NCBI GenBank assembly: GCA_036265915.1
Contig: DATAOC010000059.1
Span: forward strand, 5 to 64,004
DNA length: 64,000 bases
DNA from: Candidatus Methylomirabilota bacterium
Lineage (GTDB): Bacteria; Methylomirabilota; Methylomirabilia; Rokubacteriales; CSP1-6
Direction: 5' to 3'
Below, in pieces: positions 58,627-64,000 of the stretch. The position numbers were made by a program, and so were the translations under genes. The notes beneath the pieces were generated by a model. It did no database searches. It saw nothing but the letters and a program-made list of their open reading frames with translations, and had not been told where the DNA came from. Within the stretch, counting starts at the first letter, position 1. Each line of letters begins with the position of its first letter.

Positions 58627-60036
58627 ATGAAGGGTGCCGCCGACACGTACGAGGGCCGCGGCCTCATCGCGGATCCGATTCATCAGTACATCCTGTACAC
58701 CCGTCCGGGCGGCATCGCCGGCGAGGCCACGGAGCAGGACGTCCTCGACACGCCGTGGGTCCAGCGTCTGCGCCGGATTCCTCAGCTGCAGTCGGCCCGA
58801 TGGGTGTTCCCGGCGGCGGAGCACAGCCGCTTCCAGCACTCGCTGGGCGCCATGCACCTGTCCGGCCGCCTCGCGCAGCAGCTCTACCCGTCGCTGCGGG
58901 CCATCTTCGGCAGCGAAGCGCCGTCGCCCGCGTTGCTCGAGGAGCTGCTCCGCATGGCGGGGCTGCTGCACGACATCGGGCACGGCCCGTTCGGCCACTT
59001 CTTCGACGACAACTTCCTCATCGACTACAACCTCACGCACGAGCTGGTCGGTCAGAAGATCATCCGCGACGAGCTGGGTGATGTGCTGCGGGCGCTGCGA
59101 CGAAGCCCGAGCGGGGCCTTCAACGCGGACGAGGCCATCGATCCCGAGTGGATTTGCTACCTGATGGGCAAGGGATACACCGAGCCGCTGCCGCACCACC
59201 CGAAATGGCTCAAGTTCCTCAAGCCTCTCCTGTCCGGCGTGTTCACCGCCGACAACATGGACTACGTGCTGCGCGACTCGTACATGTGCGGCGTGGCCGT
59301 AGGGCCGATCGACATCGAGCGCATCATCTACTATTCGTTCTTCTCGGAGAACGGTCTCACCCTCGACCGTGGCGGCCTGCAGGCGTTCATCATGTTCCTG
59401 AACGCCCGGTTCTACATGTATACGAACGTCTACTACCACCGGACGACGCGCGGCATCGACCTGCACCTCAAGGAAATCTTTCGCGACACGATGCGGATCG
59501 CGTTTCCGTACGACCTGTCCAAGGATCTCCATCCGTATCTGCATCTGACGGAGTGGACGCTGCTCGAGGAAGTCGGGCGCTGGCACGACGCCAGCGACGC
59601 CGAGCGGCGCCGTCTCGGCGCGGAGTGGCGGCACATCCTGGATCGACGGCTGAAGTGGCGCATGTCACACGAGGTCGTCCTGGACCTCTTCGAGCCGCGC
59701 CGCGGCCACGCCTTCCTGCCGGCGGAGGTGGTGGAGCATCGTGTGCGCGGGTTCTTGCCGGCCGCGCTGCGCGAGTTCCCCTTCAAGATCGACATGGCGC
59801 TGCAGGATCCGCGACCACTGAACCCGCTCAAGATGGGCGACCGCCAGATCTACGTGTACGACTCCGCCACCAAAACCGTGTCCATGGAGCCGCTGACCGA
59901 GATCCTCAAGTACCTCCCGGGCAAGGTCGCCCAGTGCCGGATCTTCGCGACCTCGCACGACCACGACGCCGCCCTCGCCGTCGCGCTGCGCCGCGCGCTC
60001 GAAGAGGAGCCGTCGGCGATCGTGACGAACGTCTAG
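58627..60036 (+). CDS. HD-domain dNTP triphosphohydrolase-like protein (SAMHD1/dGTPase-like)
   Basis: The motifs are [30 protein letters not shown] and YYHRT. Confidence 0.75.
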   Translation: MKGAADTYEGRGLIADPIHQYILYTRPGGIAGEATEQDVLDTPWVQRLRRIPQLQSARWVFPAAEHSRFQHSLGAMHLSGRLAQQLYPSLRAIFGSEAPSPALLEELLRMAGLLHDIGHGPFGHFFDDNFLIDYNLTHELVGQKIIRDELGDVLRALRRSPSGAFNADEAIDPEWICYLMGKGYTEPLPHHPKWLKFLKPLLSGVFTADNMDYVLRDSYMCGVAVGPIDIERIIYYSFFSENGLTLDRGGLQAFIMFLNARFYMYTNVYYHRTTRGIDLHLKEIFRDTMRIAFPYDLSKDLHPYLHLTEWTLLEEVGRWHDASDAERRRLGAEWRHILDRRLKWRMSHEVVLDLFEPRRGHAFLPAEVVEHRVRGFLPAALREFPFKIDMALQDPRPLNPLKMGDRQIYVYDSATKTVSMEPLTEILKYLPGKVAQCRIFATSHDHDAALAVALRRALEEEPSAIVTNV

Positions 60037-60737
60037 GCTCGGCCGCCCGCGCCGGCGGGGTCCGGCACGCCGGCCTCGGTGAAGCCCTTGCGACGGATCG
60101 TGCACGCGTCGCACCGGCCGCAGCTCTCGCCCGCCGCCGTCGGGTCGTAGCACGACAGCGTCAGCCCGTAGTCCACGCCGAGCGCGAGCCCCTCGCGGAT
60201 GATGTCGGCCTTGCTGAGGTGGACGAGCGGCGTGTGAATCTTGAGCCGGCCGCGACCCTCGACGGCGGCCTTCGTTGCCAGGTTCGCCATCCGCTCGAAG
60301 GCGCCGATGAACTCCGGCCGGCAGTCCGGATAGCCGGAGTAATCGAGCGCGTTGACGCCCAGGAAGATGTCCCAGGCGCCGAGGACCTCGGCCCACGCGA
60401 GCGCGAACGCGAGGAAGATCGTATTGCGCGCCGGCACATACGTGACCGGGATGCCGGCCCCGATCTCGCCCTGGCCGCGGTCCTTCGGCACCGCGAGGTC
60501 GCCGGTGAGCGCGGAGCCGCCGAACGCGCGAAGATCGACGTCGAGGATCTGGTGGGTCGCCGCGCCGAGCGCGCGCGCCACGTTCCGCGCGGCATCGATC
60601 TCGGCGTCGTGGCGCTGGCCGTAGCGGAATGTCAGCGCGAACGTCTCGAATCCCCGCGCCCGCGCGACGGCGAGGGTCGTGGTGGAGTCGACGCCGCCGG
60701 AAAGGAGGACGACCGCCCGGGGCTTCAGCGTGCTCAT
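60033..60737 (-). CDS. queC: 7-cyano-7-deazaguanine synthase
   Basis: It has [18 protein letters not shown] and a C-terminal zinc cluster [10 protein letters not shown] 60743 is the alternative start. Confidence 0.9.
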   Translation of the reverse strand: MSTLKPRAVVLLSGGVDSTTTLAVARARGFETFALTFRYGQRHDAEIDAARNVARALGAATHQILDVDLRAFGGSALTGDLAVPKDRGQGEIGAGIPVTYVPARNTIFLAFALAWAEVLGAWDIFLGVNALDYSGYPDCRPEFIGAFERMANLATKAAVEGRGRLKIHTPLVHLSKADIIREGLALGVDYGLTLSCYDPTAAGESCGRCDACTIRRKGFTEAGVPDPAGAGGRA

Positions 60738-60740
60738 GCC

Positions 60741-60749
60741 CAATAGTAT
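60741..60749. promoter_or_regulatory. Shared AT-rich box CAATAGTAT between divergent queC and yhhQ (TAGTAT on plus, CATACT/ATACTA on minus)
   Basis: Only 23 nt separate ATG 60737 (minus strand) from ATG 60761 (plus strand). There is no SD on either side. Confidence 0.3.
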
Positions 60750-60760
60750 GATCGAACGCG

Positions 60761-61423
60761 ATGAGCTGGCGCTTCCTGTCCTGCGCAGCGCTGTTCGTGA
60801 CGTGCTTGCTGACGGCCAACACGATGGCCTCGAAGCTCATGGTGGTCAACGGCATCGTGCTGACGGCCGGCATCGTGATCTTCCCCATCTCCTACGTCCT
60901 CGGCGACGTCCTGACCGAGGTGTGGGGCTACGCGGCGGCGCGGCGGGTCATCTGGCTCGGCTTCGTCTGCAACGCGCTCATGGTGGCCGCGCTCTGGCTG
61001 GGCGGCGAGCTGCCGCCGGCCCCGTTCTGGAAGGGACAGGACGCGTACGAGCTGATGTTCGGCCAGACGCCACGGGTGCTGGCCGCCTCGTTCCTGGCCT
61101 ACCTGGTGGGGGAGTTCGCCAACGCCTTCGTGCTCGCGAAGATGAAGATCGCCACGCAAGGCCGGTGGCTCTGGATGCGCACGATCGGCTCCACCGTCGT
61201 CGGCCAGGCGCTCGACAGCGTCGTCTTCGTCACGCTGGCGTTCGCGGCCGTCGTGCCGGCCGGCGCGCTGCTGCAGCTCGTCACCGCCCAGTGGCTCGTG
61301 AAGGTCGCCTATGAGGCGGCGGCCACGCCGCTGACCTATGCCGCCGTCGCGTGGCTCAAGGCGCGCGAGGGCGTCGACGCCTACGATCGTCACACGGACT
61401 TCAACCCGGTCCGACTCTCATGA
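60761..61423 (+). CDS. yhhQ: Queuosine precursor transporter (YhhQ / DUF165 family)
   Basis: The motifs are [21 protein letters not shown] and [12 protein letters not shown], with about 6 TM helices. Confidence 0.8.
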   Translation: MSWRFLSCAALFVTCLLTANTMASKLMVVNGIVLTAGIVIFPISYVLGDVLTEVWGYAAARRVIWLGFVCNALMVAALWLGGELPPAPFWKGQDAYELMFGQTPRVLAASFLAYLVGEFANAFVLAKMKIATQGRWLWMRTIGSTVVGQALDSVVFVTLAFAAVVPAGALLQLVTAQWLVKVAYEAAATPLTYAAVAWLKAREGVDAYDRHTDFNPVRLS

Positions 61424-61439
61424 GCGCGAGGACATAGCG

Positions 61440-62615
61440 ATGGAGAAATTCCGCGGCGTCGACTACTACGGCATCGATGAGCTGCTGACCGAGGACGAGC
61501 GGATGATCCGCGACACCGTGCGCGACTGGGTCGAAGCCGAATTCGTGCCGGTGGTGACGGAGGCGCACCGCGCGGGAACCTTTCCGGTGAAGCTCATCCC
61601 GCAGCTGGGCGAGCTGGGCGTCTTCGGCGCCACGCTCAAGGGCTATGGGTGCGCGGGGCTCAGCAACGTGGCCTACGGCCTCATCATGCAGGAACTGGAG
61701 CGCGGAGACTCGGGCCTGCGCTCGGCGGCCTCGGTCCAGAGCGGCCTCGTCATGTACCCGATCTACGCCTACGGCAGCGACGCGCAGAAGGAGCGCTGGC
61801 TGCCGGAGCTGGCCACCGGTCGAAAGGTCGGCTGCTTCGGGCTCACGGAGCCGGATCACGGCTCCGATCCCGGCGGCATGAAGACGCGCGCGCGGCGCAC
61901 GGCGGACGGCTACGTGCTGAACGGCACGAAGCTCTGGATCACGAACGGCTCCATCGCCGACGTCGCCGTCGTGTGGGCCAAGGAGGACGACGGCGAGATC
62001 TACGGCTACCTCGTGGAGAAGGGCACGCCGGGATTCTCCACGCTCGACATCCACGGCAAGTTCTCGATGCGCGCGTCGATCACGTCCGAGCTCGCGTTTC
62101 AGGACTGCCGGATTCCGCTCGAGAACAAGCTACCGAACGTCAAAGGGCTGCGCGGGCCGCTCGGCTGCCTGTCGCAGGCGCGCTACGGCATCGCGTGGGG
62201 CGCGGTCGGTGCGCTCATGGGCTGCTATGACTGGGCGCTGCAGTACGCGCAGCAGCGCGTGCAGTTCGGCAAGCCGATCGGCGCCTTCCAGCTCGTCCAG
62301 CAGAAGCTCGTGTGGATGCTGAACGAGATCACCAAGGCGCAGCTGCTGGTGCTGCAGCTCGGCCGGCTGAAGGATGCGGGCAAGGTGCGGCCGCAGCAGA
62401 TCTCGCTGGCGAAGATGAACAACGTGCAGGTGGCGCTGGACGGGGCGCGCATGGCGCGGGACATTCTCGGCGCGGCCGGCATCGTCGACGAGCACCCGGT
62501 CATCCGCCACCTGATGAACCTCGAGACGGTGAACACCTACGAGGGCACGCACGACATCCACATCCTGATCGTCGGCCGAGATGTCACCGGCCTCGATGCG
62601 TTCGGCGCGGCGTAG
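61440..62615 (+). CDS. gcdH: Glutaryl-CoA dehydrogenase-type acyl-CoA dehydrogenase
   Basis: The motifs are [27 protein letters not shown] and YEGTHDIH, and the N-terminus is GCDH-like. Confidence 0.75.
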   Translation: MEKFRGVDYYGIDELLTEDERMIRDTVRDWVEAEFVPVVTEAHRAGTFPVKLIPQLGELGVFGATLKGYGCAGLSNVAYGLIMQELERGDSGLRSAASVQSGLVMYPIYAYGSDAQKERWLPELATGRKVGCFGLTEPDHGSDPGGMKTRARRTADGYVLNGTKLWITNGSIADVAVVWAKEDDGEIYGYLVEKGTPGFSTLDIHGKFSMRASITSELAFQDCRIPLENKLPNVKGLRGPLGCLSQARYGIAWGAVGALMGCYDWALQYAQQRVQFGKPIGAFQLVQQKLVWMLNEITKAQLLVLQLGRLKDAGKVRPQQISLAKMNNVQVALDGARMARDILGAAGIVDEHPVIRHLMNLETVNTYEGTHDIHILIVGRDVTGLDAFGAA

Positions 62616-62636
62616 GCGACGAGGCCCAACCGCGCC

Positions 62637-63434
62637 CTAGTCGGCCTCCCCGGACCGGCGGGCGATCTCGCGGACGACGGCGTTGATTTTTTTCACGGCG
62701 CCGGCGATGCGCTCGGCGGCCTCGGTCGTCGCGTTGCTGGGCGCCTTCATCTCGAGCAGCTGCGCGCTGGCGAGGATGACGGCCAGCGGGTTGTTGATGC
62801 GATCGCCGAGGTACTCCCCGAGCTCGCGGAGCACGGCGAGCTGCGCGGCCTGGACGTCACGGTCGACGTTGAGGCTCAGTGCCTGTCGCTCGCGATCGAG
62901 CCGCGAGAGAACGGTGTCGAGCGCCTTGGCGCTCTCGGCCACCAGCTCGCGCATCTCGATCTGACCGGCGCCGCCAAGCGCCTCGAGCACGACCTGGTGA
63001 TAGCGCCGCGCGAAGTCGGCGTCGTCGAGCAGCCGCGTGAGGCGCTCGCCGTATTCCTCGCGCTGCGCGCGGCGCACGAGGCTTTCGAGCTGACGGGCGA
63101 CGTCGCCGGGTGCCACGTCCTTGGCGTCGATGTACGCGGTGGCGCCGATGTCGCGACCGAGATCCTGGGCGGGACGGCCGATGAAGACGCTGCTGTAGAA
63201 GATGAACGGCAGCTTCGAGAACCGCTGATCTTGACGGATCGCCCGGCACAGCTGGAACCCGTCCATCTTGGGCATGCGCACGTCCGAGACGACCGCGTCG
63301 ACGTGCTCGACGTCGAGCAGCGCGAGCGCCGCCTCGCCGTCCGGTGCGGTGAGCACCTCGTGGCCGGCGCCTCCGAAGACCGCGGTGAGCATCCGACGGT
63401 GAGGGTTGGAGTCGTCGACAACGAGGACTCTCAT
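62637..63434 (-). CDS. Response-regulator receiver fused to a DHp (HisKA-like) helical domain without an ATPase domain; phospho-acceptor His replaced by Asp
   Basis: The REC domain has VLVVDD and [13 protein letters not shown]. The C-terminal [18 protein letters not shown] aligns with the H-box AHEINNPLTTVLGF of the kinase at 27900..30587. Confidence 0.65.
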   Translation of the reverse strand: MRVLVVDDSNPHRRMLTAVFGGAGHEVLTAPDGEAALALLDVEHVDAVVSDVRMPKMDGFQLCRAIRQDQRFSKLPFIFYSSVFIGRPAQDLGRDIGATAYIDAKDVAPGDVARQLESLVRRAQREEYGERLTRLLDDADFARRYHQVVLEALGGAGQIEMRELVAESAKALDTVLSRLDRERQALSLNVDRDVQAAQLAVLRELGEYLGDRINNPLAVILASAQLLEMKAPSNATTEAAERIAGAVKKINAVVREIARRSGEAD

Positions 63435-63468
63435 GCTCGGCCTATCATCGCACACGATGCCCGAAGGA

Positions 63469-64000
63469 CTACTCTCCTCTGAGCGTCGGATCGAGCAGAT
63501 CGCGCAGCCAATCCCCGGTGCGGCTCACCGCGACCGAGGTCAGCATCAGCACGAGGCCGGGAAATGTGGAGATCCACCACGCGGAGTCGAGATATTCGCG
63601 GCCTTCCTGCACCATCCCGCCCCAGGACGGGGTGGGCGGCTGGATCCCGAGGCCCAGGAAGGACAGCGTCGCCTCGAGCACGATCGAGCGCGCGAGCTCG
63701 AGGGTGGCGATGACGACCAGTGACGACAAGACATTCGGGACGATGTGGCGCGCCACGATGCGCACGACGCTGCCCCCGAGGGCGTACACGGCGTCCACGA
63801 ATTCCCGGGAGCGCAGGACGAGGACCTGCGCCCGCAGGACGCGCGCATAGCCCGGCCATCCGGAGAGGCCGATGACGACGATCAGCGTGGGGAAGCTCGG
63901 CCCGAGGACGGCGATGATGCCGATGGCAAGGAGGATGAAAGGAAACGCGAGCTGGGCGTCGGCGACGGTCATGATCGCGGTGTCCAGCCAGCCGCCGCGA
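63469..64000 (-). CDS. ABC transporter permease (DppC/OppC type), 5' part outside the window
   Basis: The frame is open to the window end. The C-terminal permease core has the EAA-loop region AVYALGGSVVRIVARHIVPNVL. Confidence 0.8.
   Translation of the reverse strand, partial: RGGWLDTAIMTVADAQLAFPFILLAIGIIAVLGPSFPTLIVVIGLSGWPGYARVLRAQVLVLRSREFVDAVYALGGSVVRIVARHIVPNVLSSLVVIATLELARSIVLEATLSFLGLGIQPPTPSWGGMVQEGREYLDSAWWISTFPGLVLMLTSVAVSRTGDWLRDLLDPTLRGE

Noticed and set aside
58627-60036. The HD dNTPase-like gene as a dNTP-depletion defence gene.
   Set aside because: It is a single gene between housekeeping-type genes, with no mobile-element or defence-island context in the window. It cannot be distinguished from a housekeeping dGTPase-like enzyme by sequence inspection.
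60033-60737. queC as part of a 7-deazaguanine DNA-modification (Dpd) or QueC-containing CBASS-type system.
   Set aside because: No tgt/dpdA-like, cyclase or effector genes are nearby. The adjacent gene is the preQ0/preQ1 salvage transporter, which fits ordinary queuosine metabolism.
60738-60760. A preQ1 riboswitch upstream of queC or yhhQ.
   Set aside because: Only 23 nt lie between the two start codons, which is too short for even the smallest preQ1-I aptamer.
1-64000. Mobile elements, prophage, tRNA or rRNA genes, and genomic-island boundaries.
   Set aside because: I found no transposase, integrase or recombinase-like ORFs. There are no long inverted or direct terminal repeats and no tRNA-like cloverleaf in any intergenic region (all are shorter than about 265 nt). 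No obvious compositional break is visible by eye.

Overview
This is a densely coding, visibly very GC-rich bacterial chromosomal segment. GC content was not computed and the organism cannot be identified from the window, though it clearly uses sigma-54. I support 59 protein-coding genes. Both window edges cut a gene, one gene is frameshifted, and one carries an in-frame TGA. There are no rRNA, tRNA, CRISPR, transposase, integrase or prophage genes. Left third: polysaccharide-type enzymes (PaaK-like ligase, GT2), cytochrome c, several oxidoreductases, AlkB, an NYN-LOTUS protein with RGG tracts, DAHP synthase, a phosphoesterase-thioesterase-sirtuin operon, a membrane protein-JmjC-MFS operon and an orphan CoxL-like molybdoenzyme. 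Middle: a peptide ABC-uptake operon without ATPases that runs into an ATC-hydrolase-like gene and a GGDEF cyclase, then fbaB-glk. After that comes a roughly 14 kb minus-strand signalling island (27.9-41.7 kb). It holds an NtrC-type activator and two nearly identical sigma-54 promoters. One promoter drives an operon for a degenerate NucS-like/Glu-Pro-rich disordered protein, an HD-GYP response regulator, a CheY and two methyltransferases. The other precedes a secreted protein, a GNAT and two GAF histidine kinases. Right third: an orphan E1-type ThDP enzyme, then an EboA-like ORF translationally coupled to a UdgX-type (KRRIH) uracil-DNA glycosylase behind a third sigma-54-like element. These are followed by glcDEF-moaB, HtrA, and a rhodanese-MoeB/ThiF fusion whose conserved cysteine codon is TGA with a hairpin behind it (a selenocysteine candidate). 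The window ends with rfbA-rfbC-rfbB, an HtrA paralogue lacking all three catalytic residues, an HD dNTPase-like gene, divergent queC/yhhQ, gcdH, and a REC-DHp protein whose phospho-acceptor His is Asp. The many long ORFs antisense to these genes look like GC-driven artefacts.
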